This document shows positions 1 through 8,709 of a DNA stretch of 64,000 bases, piece after piece (the first letter of the stretch is position 1; each line of letters begins with the position of its first letter). Made by a program: the position numbers and the translations under genes. Origin of the DNA: an uncultured bacterium (GTDB lineage: Bacteria > Fidelibacterota > Marinisomatia > Marinisomatales > UBA1611); NCBI GenBank assembly GCA_965660855.1, contig CBFIBM010000003.1, positions 32,001 to 96,000 of the forward strand, given 5' to 3'. The notes beneath the pieces were generated by a model, which made no database searches, was not told the DNA's origin, and saw only the letters and a list, made by a program, of their open reading frames with translations.

Positions 1-2
1 AT

Positions 3-365
3 GTCCCCGCTGGAGCAATTCCAAAAGATGGTCCTTCAGCTGGTGTAAGTATGGTAACCTCTTTAGTATCTCTTTTGACAAAAACTCCGGTAAAAGAAAA
101 AGTTGCAATGACCGGTGAAATAACATTGAGAGGAAATGTTCTTCCAATTGGCGGTGTGAAAGAAAAAGTTACAGCTGCTCATAGAGCTGGAATTAAAGAG
201 ATAATATTACCAAATCATAATCGTAAAGATTTAGAAGATGTGCCTGAAAATGTGGCGAAAGACCTAACTTTTCATTTTGCAAAAGAAATCAAAGATGTTT
301 TGTCAGTTTCTGTCCCAGGATTATTTAAAACAAGAAAAAACTCTAATAAAACTACAAAGAAATAA
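3..365 (+). CDS. lon: ATP-dependent Lon protease, C-terminal proteolytic domain (5' truncated by window)
   Basis: Frame is open from position 3: [14 protein letters not shown] (catalytic Ser), [18 protein letters not shown] (catalytic Lys). Confidence 0.97.
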   Translation, partial: VPAGAIPKDGPSAGVSMVTSLVSLLTKTPVKEKVAMTGEITLRGNVLPIGGVKEKVTAAHRAGIKEIILPNHNRKDLEDVPENVAKDLTFHFAKEIKDVLSVSVPGLFKTRKNSNKTTKK

Positions 366-384
366 TTAAATTTCAGTCTAATTA

Positions 385-458
385 GGGCGATTAGCTCAGT
401 TGGTTAGAGCACTGCGTTTACACCGCAGGTGTCGGGAGTTCGAATCTCTCATCGCCCA
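385..458 (+). tRNA. tRNA-Val(TAC)
   Basis: Acceptor GGGCGAT/ATCGCCC, D-arm TAGCTCAGTTGGTTAGAGC, anticodon arm CTGCG-TTTACAC-CGCAG, GTTCGAAT T-loop; CCA not encoded. Confidence 0.96.
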
Positions 459-501
459 CAAATATTTTTAAATAAAGATACTTTAATACTCAGGTATTTT
501 T

Positions 502-530
502 AAAGCCACTTAATTTTAGGTGGCTTTTTT
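502..530 (+). terminator. Rho-independent terminator after tRNA-Val
   Basis: AAAGCCAC...GTGGCTTT stem followed by a T-tract. Confidence 0.8.
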
Positions 531-568
531 GTTTTTAAAATTTTTTATGATTAAAAAAAAGGATAAAG

Positions 569-931
569 ATGATTGGGAAAATAAATTTTAATGAAAAATA
601 CTCAAAGTTTTCAGATTACTGGGCTCCTAAAGTTATCTCTGAAATTAACAATTATCAGTTCAAATTAGTAAAAATCAAGGGTGATTTTATATGGCATACT
701 CATGAAGAAACAGATGAAGCTTTCATAGTTATTCAAGGAGTAATGGAAATTCATTTGAGAACAGAAATTATCAAATTAAACTCAGGCGAGTTGTATGTTG
801 TAAAAAAAGGTGTAGAGCATAAACCTTTTGCTAAAAAAGAATGTCAGATTATGATTATTGAACCTAAAAATATATCTAATACTGGAAATAAAAATAATGC
901 AATGACTTCAAAAAATGATATTTGGATTTAA
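569..931 (+). CDS. Cupin domain protein
   Basis: GDFIWHTHEETDEAF and GELYVVKKGVEHKP cupin motifs. Confidence 0.9.
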   Translation: MIGKINFNEKYSKFSDYWAPKVISEINNYQFKLVKIKGDFIWHTHEETDEAFIVIQGVMEIHLRTEIIKLNSGELYVVKKGVEHKPFAKKECQIMIIEPKNISNTGNKNNAMTSKNDIWI

Positions 932-942
932 AAGAAAAATAA

Positions 943-1287
943 ATGGATAAAATAAATTGGAAAAATATAAAATTATTTTCAATTATTATTTTAACAGTTT
1001 CGTGTGCGCCTCGTATTGATTATTTTAGTAATCCAGTTGATCTAAAAAAGGAAATAATATATCTGACGAAGATTCGAGAGGATTCATCGATTAAAGATAA
1101 ATATTACCTCACATTTAGACAGATATATGAGATTAAAGAGCATGAAATTTCGTTAAAAAATAAAACGTTAGAAAGATATCTTATGTTGATAATGAATTAC
1201 TATGGTTATTCAGAAAAAATAATAATCAGTAGGAAAAATAAAAATTTTTTAAAACCATTATTTTATGTAACAGTTCAATTTAAGTGA
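943..1287 (+). CDS. Hypothetical lipoprotein
   Basis: Hydrophobic N-terminus ending in lipobox-like TVSC. Confidence 0.6.
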   Translation: MDKINWKNIKLFSIIILTVSCAPRIDYFSNPVDLKKEIIYLTKIREDSSIKDKYYLTFRQIYEIKEHEISLKNKTLERYLMLIMNYYGYSEKIIISRKNKNFLKPLFYVTVQFK

Positions 1288-1333
1288 CCAATATATATTT
1301 TAAAAAACTACTTTTAACTTTTTTGGAGAAAAT

Positions 1334-2107
1334 ATGAAAGAATATTTCAGAGGGTTTTTTACAGCCGTGTGTTTGATGTGTAGTATATTTTTATTTATTG
1401 CCTCTAGTAATAAAAATTTAGGTGATATTGTTGTGAATAGTATAACAATAGTTCCCGGGGAAAAAGGCGGAGGTTTCATTAAGTCTTTTAATAAAGAAGG
1501 TTTAGAAACCACATATTTAGGAACAGCCGAAGATGGTGTAGGCTTATTAGGCCTACACAATAAAGAAGGTAAACAAACAGTTTATTTAGGCTCGGGAAAT
1601 AAAGGGGCTGGTTTATTACAAACTTTTAATCAACAGGGTATTAAAAACATCTATATTGGATCTGGTAGTCAAAATGGAGGATCTATTCAATCATTTAATG
1701 AAGAGGGGAAACAAACCGCATATTTAGGAACAGCTGAAAATGGAGTTGGAGTCTTAGGTGTCCATAATTCTGTTGGGAAAAGAATTTGTTTCTTAGGTAC
1801 AAGTGTATATGGTTCTGGTTTTCTCAATATAAATAATAAAGATGGAGAATTATCATGCTATTTAGGATCCGGTAAGGATAATAGGGGTGGGCATTTACAA
1901 ACTTTTAATCCAAACGGTTATTTAACATCTTATGTTGGATCTTCTAGATCAAATGCAGGATTAGTCAATTTAAATAATGAATTAGGTTTGAAGGTTAGCT
2001 CATTGGGCTCTATTTACGATAATATCAATTATAAGGGGGATGGTGCAATCATGCTTTATGATAAAAATGGACAGTTTGGTTGGTCAAAAGATGGTAAAAC
2101 AAAATGA
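1334..2107 (+). CDS. Secreted/anchored protein with ~23-aa Gly-rich beta repeats
   Basis: GGAG RBS, N-terminal hydrophobic segment, ~8 repeats of GxLxxxNxxGxxxxYLG; paralog of 19381..19734. Confidence 0.75.
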   Translation: MKEYFRGFFTAVCLMCSIFLFIASSNKNLGDIVVNSITIVPGEKGGGFIKSFNKEGLETTYLGTAEDGVGLLGLHNKEGKQTVYLGSGNKGAGLLQTFNQQGIKNIYIGSGSQNGGSIQSFNEEGKQTAYLGTAENGVGVLGVHNSVGKRICFLGTSVYGSGFLNINNKDGELSCYLGSGKDNRGGHLQTFNPNGYLTSYVGSSRSNAGLVNLNNELGLKVSSLGSIYDNINYKGDGAIMLYDKNGQFGWSKDGKTK

Positions 2108-2481
2108 AAATTAATTCTATTACAAAAAATATAATTCTATTTATGTATTTATCTTATGCAACTACATTAATGGGCCAAGATAAGCAAAGTCAGGCACATT
2201 TAATAAAATATCAAGAAAATAAAGATTCATGGGTTGGCATTGATAAGATTCAACATATTATATATAGTAACTTTATTTCTTTAGGAACACAGTACGTATT
2301 AGTGAATAAAATGCATTTTAATGAGGATAATGCTCTCCCTATTTCTATTACATCTAGTTTTTTTGCTGGATTTTCAAAAGAAATTATTGATGGGAAATCG
2401 AATAAAAATATTTTTAGCATGAAAGATATGGTTGCAAATAGTATAGGATTATTTATTGCAATATTTATCATTAATACTTAA
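2104..2481 (+). CDS. YfiM/DUF2279-like membrane protein
   Basis: DSWxGxDKxQH, KExxD and FSxKDxxAN pattern; ATGA overlap with upstream gene. Confidence 0.65.
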   Translation: MKINSITKNIILFMYLSYATTLMGQDKQSQAHLIKYQENKDSWVGIDKIQHIIYSNFISLGTQYVLVNKMHFNEDNALPISITSSFFAGFSKEIIDGKSNKNIFSMKDMVANSIGLFIAIFIINT

Positions 2482-2576
2482 ATCATTATAGATTTTTAAA
2501 AAATTTAATTAACTCTTAATATTTAATCATAATTAATAAAATTTTTTTACCATTACAATAAATTGATAAAATTATC

Positions 2577-3398
2577 ATGCTAAATGAGTTATTTGTAAAT
2601 ATTATTGCTTCTGTTATTTTACTTGTATTTGGTTTTTTTTATGGAAAATATAGAGAGAAAAAATTATATGAAGGGAATAATCTTGAAGATTATGATTTTT
2701 ATCCTTTTAAACTTAATGATGAAAATAATTTAATATTTGACATTGACATTTTTTTTATGGGTGTAAAACATTTGATAAAAAATTTTGATAAGGTTGCGGG
2801 ACATCAATTAATACTCATAGGTCAGCAAAATAATATTAGTGACAAAGTAACAAGAAAAAGGAGAAGACAATATAAAAAATTATATAGAAAATATGACGGG
2901 AAAAAGCTTGTTAACGATACTGATAGGTTTTTAAAAAATTATAAAAGAATAGTTCGGTTAATTGGTGATACCTTTCCAGATTCAGGTATAGAGATTTTAC
3001 TTCATAATTTAACAAATCCTTCTAAAGCGCTTTATCATATTAAAAATAATATCACAGGTCGGAACATCGAAGCTCCTGCGACCAATCTAGTTCATGATTT
3101 AAAAATGCGTGGATTACAAAATAAAGATAAACTTAATTACGAACTAAACATCGGTTCTCGAAAGTTTAAATGTACTACTATTCCAATTTATCGCGAAAAT
3201 TATGGATTAATTGGGGCAATCTGTATAAACGTAGATTACAATTATATAAATGATGAAGTTCGTTCAAGTAATGAGAAATTAGATAGTTTTATTAATTCAA
3301 TTCTGAAAACAGAGATGGTTTTAGATGAAAATATTTTAAGTAAAAATGAGTATGATAAAGCTATTGAGGGTAAAAAACACTTTCGAGATTTTGTATAA
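2577..3398 (+). CDS. Membrane-anchored YheO-like PAS (PAS_6) domain protein, no evident HTH
   Basis: N-terminal TM; EILLHNLTNP...ITGRNIEAPATNL...IGAICINVD match the YheO PAS pattern. Confidence 0.75.
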   Translation: MLNELFVNIIASVILLVFGFFYGKYREKKLYEGNNLEDYDFYPFKLNDENNLIFDIDIFFMGVKHLIKNFDKVAGHQLILIGQQNNISDKVTRKRRRQYKKLYRKYDGKKLVNDTDRFLKNYKRIVRLIGDTFPDSGIEILLHNLTNPSKALYHIKNNITGRNIEAPATNLVHDLKMRGLQNKDKLNYELNIGSRKFKCTTIPIYRENYGLIGAICINVDYNYINDEVRSSNEKLDSFINSILKTEMVLDENILSKNEYDKAIEGKKHFRDFV

Positions 3399-3401
3399 TC
3401 T

Positions 3402-4382
3402 ATGAAATCTAAATTAGACATTTTAAAAGCTTCAGAAAGAATTTCTAAATATGTTAGAAAAACATATTTTTCTTATTCATTCTCTTTTTCCAAAAATATA
3501 AAATCTGAAGTTTGGTTTAAATCTGAAAATTTACAATATACTGGATCTTTTAAAGTTAGAGGTGCATTTAATAAAATATTAAAATTATCACTTTCTGATA
3601 GGGAAAATGGAATATTAGCAGCCTCTACAGGAAACCATGGTGCTGCAATTGCTTATGCAGCTAAAGTATTAAATACTTCATGTACGATTTTTGTTCCTGA
3701 AAATACTGATTCTTCAAAATTAAATAATATAAAAAAATATGGAGCAAAAATAGAAATCTATGGAAATGATTGTATTCTTGCTGAAAGAAAAGCAAGAGAA
3801 GTTTCATATAAAAATAATCAGGTTTATATTTCTCCATATAATGATTTGGATGTAATTGAAGGGCAGGGGACGATTGCTGTTGAAATCATAGACCAAATTG
3901 ATAAACCACTAGATACAGTAATTATTTCTGTTGGCGGTGGTGGTTTGATCAGTGGTATTGCTATTTATTTAAAGTCAATTTGGCCAGAAATTCACATTAT
4001 TGGATGTTCACCAAAAAACTCTGCGGTTATGTTAAAGTCTATTGAAGCAAAAAAAATTCTTGATTTAGAATCCTTAGAAACAATTTCTGACGGAACTGCC
4101 GGAGGAGTTGAAGAAGACTCTATCACATTTCCATTATGTAAAGAATATATTGACGAGTCAGTTTATGTAACAGAGGAAGAAATAAAATCTGGATTAATTC
4201 AATATATGGAAGCTGAGCATCAAATGATTGAAGGAGCAGCAGGCGCTGCGATTGCAACATTAATTAAAAAGAGGTCTTTTTTAAAGAATAAGACTGTTGG
4301 CGTCATTCTTTGTGGAGGGAATATCAATTCAAAGGTACTAGGAGGATTGATAAGGAATGAAAAAAATAATTTTTCCACTTGA
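3402..4382 (+). CDS. PLP-dependent threonine/serine dehydratase (fold II, no ACT domain)
   Basis: KSENLQYTGSFKVRGA, ASTGNHG, VGGGGL motifs. Confidence 0.92.
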   Translation: MKSKLDILKASERISKYVRKTYFSYSFSFSKNIKSEVWFKSENLQYTGSFKVRGAFNKILKLSLSDRENGILAASTGNHGAAIAYAAKVLNTSCTIFVPENTDSSKLNNIKKYGAKIEIYGNDCILAERKAREVSYKNNQVYISPYNDLDVIEGQGTIAVEIIDQIDKPLDTVIISVGGGGLISGIAIYLKSIWPEIHIIGCSPKNSAVMLKSIEAKKILDLESLETISDGTAGGVEEDSITFPLCKEYIDESVYVTEEEIKSGLIQYMEAEHQMIEGAAGAAIATLIKKRSFLKNKTVGVILCGGNINSKVLGGLIRNEKNNFST

Positions 4383-4446
4383 AAATAGATATATTCAATA
4401 TGTCCATAGTGAGGTTATCTTAAATGTTTAAATACAGAAATAGTTT

Positions 4447-4866
4447 GTGATTAAAAATAGATTTCATCTTGCTTTCCCAGTCCATGATTTAAAAATTTCT
4501 AAGGAGTTTTATACTACGGTTTTATCTTGTGAATTAGGACGAGAGTCAGAAAATTGGGTTGATTTCAATTTTTATGGTCATCAAATTGTTGCGCATCTTG
4601 CACCAGAAGATTGTAAAAGTTATAAAGTAAATGTTGTAGATGAAGATAAAATTCCTTCATTCCACTTTGGTTTAATTCTAGAATGGAGTATATGGGAAAC
4701 ACTATATAAAAAGCTTCAATCTATGAAAATAAAGTTTTTTATAAATCCTAAAATAAGGTTTGTGAATCAAAATGGCGAACAAGGAACTTTTTTTATTAAA
4801 GATCCAAGTGGAAATGTTTTAGAGTTCAAAAGTTTTAAGGACTTTGATTATATTTTTACAAAATAA
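4447..4866 (+). CDS. VOC/glyoxalase family protein
   Basis: FHLAFPV, FYGHQIVAH, HFG, DPSGNVLEFK; GTG start. Confidence 0.9.
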   Translation: MIKNRFHLAFPVHDLKISKEFYTTVLSCELGRESENWVDFNFYGHQIVAHLAPEDCKSYKVNVVDEDKIPSFHFGLILEWSIWETLYKKLQSMKIKFFINPKIRFVNQNGEQGTFFIKDPSGNVLEFKSFKDFDYIFTK

Positions 4867-4876
4867 GAAATAAAAA

Positions 4877-6214
4877 ATGTTTAAAATCAATTTTTTACCA
4901 GATAAAAAAGTTTTTGAAGTAGAAAGAGAGGAAACTATCCTCCAAACTGCCATAAGAAATAAAATACCATATGTTAATGCATGTGGAGGTGAAGGAAAAT
5001 GTACTACTTGCCGGTTGATAGTTTTAGAAGGTATTGAAAACTGTTCAGAACAAACAGAGCAAGAAAAAGAATTAAAAGAAAAAGTTCACACTTCAGATGA
5101 ATTTAGATTAGCCTGTCAAACTAAAGTTAATGGGGATATTACGGTTAGAAGGTTAGTCTTGAATAAAGAAGATATTGAATCCGTATCTGAGAGAGGCATT
5201 TCTGGTAGATTAGGTGAAACAAAAAAAATTGCAATATTATTTAGCGATATTAGAGGTTTTACCCCATTTTCAGAAAAATTAACACCCTATGATGTAGTAT
5301 TTATTTTAAATAGGTACTTTACAAGAATGGTTAAATCTGTTGAAGAGAATCAAGGATCCGTAGATAATTATATTGGTGATGGGATGGTTGCTATTTTTGG
5401 ATTACATGGTGAAAAAGAGGCAGCAAAAAAAGCTGTCAAGGCTGCCTTGAGTATGTGTGATGAGATGGATGATATGAAACCATATTTAAAAACGATGTAT
5501 GGACAAGATTTTGATATTGGTATTGGTATTCATTGGGGAGAAGCAGTAGTTGGTGATATTGGAGCAGGGAAATCAAAAAGATTAACTGCTATTGGTGATT
5601 CTATGAATTTTGCGAGTAGAGTAGAGTCTGCTAATAAACAATTTGAATCACGTTTGTTGATTTCAGAAGAAGTTCATGAAGAAATAAAAGATGTACTTAT
5701 TGTAAAAGATTTTATGCGTACAAATTTACCTGGTATCGATGGTCGCGTAACTTTATATGAAGTTGAAGATATAAATTTTTCATCTGAAGAGAAATTAGAA
5801 AATCAAATTATTGAAGAAAATATTACCTGGAACAAAGGACCTGAATTACAGACATTTGATGAATTACCTCAACAAGTTGTTAAAATAAAAAGAGAAGATA
5901 TTTTAATTGTTAAAATTGAACAAAAATTTTACGCTTTAAATGATAAATGTCCTCATGCCTACCTTAGTTTACTTGGTAGTGATATTGATATTAAAAATGA
6001 GACCATAGCATGTAGGTGGCATAAGAGTGAATTCTGTTATAAAACAGGAGAGGTGAGGGAGTGGATGAAAATGAGTAATTTCCAGAAAATACTTGGGAAA
6101 ATAGGTTTAAATGCGGAGGCGAAAGAAGTATCACAAATGGAGCAATTGCCTATTGATGTTTATTCAATAAAGGAACAAGGTGGTTATATTTGGATTGGAT
6201 TTAAAAATGAATAA
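4877..6214 (+). CDS. [2Fe-2S] ferredoxin - class III adenylate/guanylate cyclase - Rieske [2Fe-2S] fusion
   Basis: CGGEGKCTTC...RLAC; LFSDIRGFT, YIGDG, TAIGDSMNFASRVE; CPH...CRWH. Confidence 0.92.
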   Translation: MFKINFLPDKKVFEVEREETILQTAIRNKIPYVNACGGEGKCTTCRLIVLEGIENCSEQTEQEKELKEKVHTSDEFRLACQTKVNGDITVRRLVLNKEDIESVSERGISGRLGETKKIAILFSDIRGFTPFSEKLTPYDVVFILNRYFTRMVKSVEENQGSVDNYIGDGMVAIFGLHGEKEAAKKAVKAALSMCDEMDDMKPYLKTMYGQDFDIGIGIHWGEAVVGDIGAGKSKRLTAIGDSMNFASRVESANKQFESRLLISEEVHEEIKDVLIVKDFMRTNLPGIDGRVTLYEVEDINFSSEEKLENQIIEENITWNKGPELQTFDELPQQVVKIKREDILIVKIEQKFYALNDKCPHAYLSLLGSDIDIKNETIACRWHKSEFCYKTGEVREWMKMSNFQKILGKIGLNAEAKEVSQMEQLPIDVYSIKEQGGYIWIGFKNE

Positions 6215-6229
6215 ATTAGAATTTTAAAA

Positions 6230-6634
6230 ATGGAGAAAAATATGGAATGGACAAAGCTTACAAATATTAAAAGCTTTGATAAAGAATCTCAGCAATTAAT
6301 AAAAGTAAAAAGAGATGAAATCTTAGTCATAAAAGATAATAATGGCTTTCATGCAATAAATAATAGATGTCCTCATATGGGTCTTAGTTTGAATACAACT
6401 AAGTGTAATTTAAAAGATAAAACTGTAAATTGTAAATTCCATTCAAGCTCATTCTCTTATCAAACAGGTGAAGTTAATAGTTGGCTTAATGTCAAGGGAA
6501 TAGAAAAATTCATGATATGGCTTTTTTCGAAATTTGACAATGATGCCAAAGAAATGATGGCAATGAAACCAACTCCGGTTGAGGTGTTCCAGACTAAAGT
6601 TGAAGATGGTTTTGTCTGGGTTGGAATTAATTGA
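6230..6634 (+). CDS. Stand-alone Rieske [2Fe-2S] protein
   Basis: NRCPHMG...CKFH; similar to the C-terminal domain of the upstream cyclase. Confidence 0.9.
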   Translation: MEKNMEWTKLTNIKSFDKESQQLIKVKRDEILVIKDNNGFHAINNRCPHMGLSLNTTKCNLKDKTVNCKFHSSSFSYQTGEVNSWLNVKGIEKFMIWLFSKFDNDAKEMMAMKPTPVEVFQTKVEDGFVWVGIN

Positions 6635-6666
6635 TTTTAATTAAAAAAATAAGGTGATCTTTTAAT

Positions 6667-7101
6667 ATGAAGGATAAAAAAGAGTTTCTAGAAGGTGATA
6701 TTCTTTGGACTAATGTAGCAAAAATATCAAGTTTTACTAAAAAAAACCAACAAGTATTTAATGTAAATAGGAATGAAATATTAGTCATAAAAACAAATGA
6801 TAATTTTAAGGCGATACAAAATAGATGCCCGCATGCTGGCTTATCGATGAAAGGTAGTAAGTTTAATACTAAAACAGAGATAATAACCTGTAAATGGCAT
6901 AAAACATTATTTTGTAGTAAAACAGGTGATGTAAAAAAATGGGTTGATGTAAGTACCTTCGAGAAAAAAATTGCTCATTTTCTCGCTAGATTTAGTAAAA
7001 AAATGAAACAAATGGTGGAAATGAATCCGACTCCAATAGAGATTTTTATTGTTAAAGAAATTAAAGAAGATATATGGGTAGGTATAGAGGTCGGAAATTA
7101 G
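6667..7101 (+). CDS. Stand-alone Rieske [2Fe-2S] protein
   Basis: NRCPHAG...CKWH; paralog of the two upstream Rieske domains. Confidence 0.9.
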   Translation: MKDKKEFLEGDILWTNVAKISSFTKKNQQVFNVNRNEILVIKTNDNFKAIQNRCPHAGLSMKGSKFNTKTEIITCKWHKTLFCSKTGDVKKWVDVSTFEKKIAHFLARFSKKMKQMVEMNPTPIEIFIVKEIKEDIWVGIEVGN

Positions 7102-7606
7102 ACACTTAAAGTATTTTTTTTTAATATTTCTTACTGCATTTTCAGAAATCAACTCAAAAGATATTTGGTATGAGAAAAATTTAAAAGATTTAGAAGATAT
7201 TTCATTAGAACTGAATGTTGTAGGTATTAAGGATGATGTATGGGAATCAAGACTATATAATTTCTTAGAGTTGCGTATTTTAGAGCATGATATTGTGATA
7301 TTAAAAAATCAAATCCCCAAATTGGTTATTGATATTAATATCATTGATTCTAGGGTTGAAAAAACTTCATCTTTCTTTGTAGGACTTAGTTTATATAGTT
7401 ATAGTATCTCAGAAAAAATGTATTACAAGTCTATTGCAGATACTCTTATCACTAAGAAACTTATGACAAGTAAGTTTTTTTCAACTGAAATAATGGGGCA
7501 ATCTTCCTCAAATAATTTGTATAGAGATGTTGAAAAATCTATAAATAGATTAGTATCTAATTTTATTGATCAGTGGTACCAAGATAATCCTCTCAAACAA
7601 TTTTAA
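7097..7606 (+). CDS. Hypothetical exported protein (start probably ATT at 7097 rather than TTG at 7271)
   Basis: Frame is open from 7088 and encodes signal-like IRHLKYFFLIFLTAFSEINS; GAGG lies 6 nt before the ATT. Confidence 0.6.
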   Translation: MRHLKYFFLIFLTAFSEINSKDIWYEKNLKDLEDISLELNVVGIKDDVWESRLYNFLELRILEHDIVILKNQIPKLVIDINIIDSRVEKTSSFFVGLSLYSYSISEKMYYKSIADTLITKKLMTSKFFSTEIMGQSSSNNLYRDVEKSINRLVSNFIDQWYQDNPLKQF

Positions 7607-7695
7607 GTACTCCTAATAAATGTCTTTCTTTGAGATTGATTTATACCGATGTAATTTTAAGCGAAAGTCGAAAATTATCTTTATTTAGATTTATT

Positions 7696-8709
7696 ATGAT
7701 CCGAGCGTTTATTATATCAAATTTTTTGATTTTTTGTTTTGGGCAAGAAATCACAAAAACTGTTTCATATGATACAGGAAATAACCTCGCTGTTTTAAGG
7801 TTCGAAGGTTGGGGGATATCGGACCCGTTAACAAAGTATTTAACAGAAGAATTAAGAGAAACAATTAGAGATTTAGATATATTTCAAGTGCAAGATCGTG
7901 GCTTAACTAATGAAATCAAGATTTATTATCCACGGAAAAAAAATTATTGGGCATGTTGGAGCCAGGAGTGTGTTATTGATATTGGACAAAGGTTAAATGT
8001 CGAATTTATAATTGCCGGTAATATTCAAAAAAGAAATAATGATGAATTTCTAATTAATGGCCGTTTATTTTCGGTTGACATGGAAACATTAGTAAGCGAA
8101 TTCGCAATGAATAGTAGTGGGATAACAGATAGTTTACTATTAGAAATGAAAAAAATGGCTTACAATATAAGTGGGCTCCCTGTTCCCGATACCCTTTCGG
8201 TTGGCTCTGATACAACTTCGGTTATGCTAACTAATAATTTAGATAGAAAAAAAAATTGGTTCTCTCTTCCACCAATACCTAGTAAGATAAAAGCTTTGAT
8301 GATGTCAACGGCACTTCCAGGAAGTGGGCAAATATGGGCACAAAAAAAGATTCCTGGGTATGGATTTATGGGGACCGAAGCAACCCTTGGAACTGCCGCA
8401 TTGATATCCTATCTGCAATATCAAAAATCATGGGGAAATTTTGAAAAAACCTATAATTCATATCAAAATGAATCTGACCCACATAATTTGATTTCAATAA
8501 GACCAAAAGTTATACAATATGCTTCCGAAACACGCAGATATAATTCCTTCATGAAAAATATAAGGAGTATCGCTGCCTCTATCTGGGTTTTTAATATGGT
8601 GCATGCATATTTGGTTGCACCGAATGATGATTTTTTTGATGGGGAATATTTTTTTGATATTGAATACGAACCAAATATTAATCAATTACAATTCAATGTC
8701 AATTTTTAA
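7696..8709 (+). CDS. Exported protein with CsgG/TolB_N-like N-domain and DUF5683-like membrane C-domain
   Basis: Signal peptide from ATG 7696; LAVLRF...CxxxxC..IGQRLNVEFIIAGNI; SxxLPGxGQxW motif. Confidence 0.6.
   Translation: MIRAFIISNFLIFCFGQEITKTVSYDTGNNLAVLRFEGWGISDPLTKYLTEELRETIRDLDIFQVQDRGLTNEIKIYYPRKKNYWACWSQECVIDIGQRLNVEFIIAGNIQKRNNDEFLINGRLFSVDMETLVSEFAMNSSGITDSLLLEMKKMAYNISGLPVPDTLSVGSDTTSVMLTNNLDRKKNWFSLPPIPSKIKALMMSTALPGSGQIWAQKKIPGYGFMGTEATLGTAALISYLQYQKSWGNFEKTYNSYQNESDPHNLISIRPKVIQYASETRRYNSFMKNIRSIAASIWVFNMVHAYLVAPNDDFFDGEYFFDIEYEPNINQLQFNVNF

Noticed and set aside
459..2500. Genomic island integrated at tRNA-Val
   Set aside because: No integrase, no repeat of the tRNA 3' end seen, and no evident composition break
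4358..4432. 24-aa ORF MKKIIFPLENRYIQYVHSEVILNV with AAGGA upstream
   Set aside because: Too short and motif-free to support; at most a remnant
4877..6214. Pycsar/CBASS-type anti-phage cyclase
   Set aside because: No adjacent TM or TIR cyclic-nucleotide effector; Fe-S domains point to redox signalling instead
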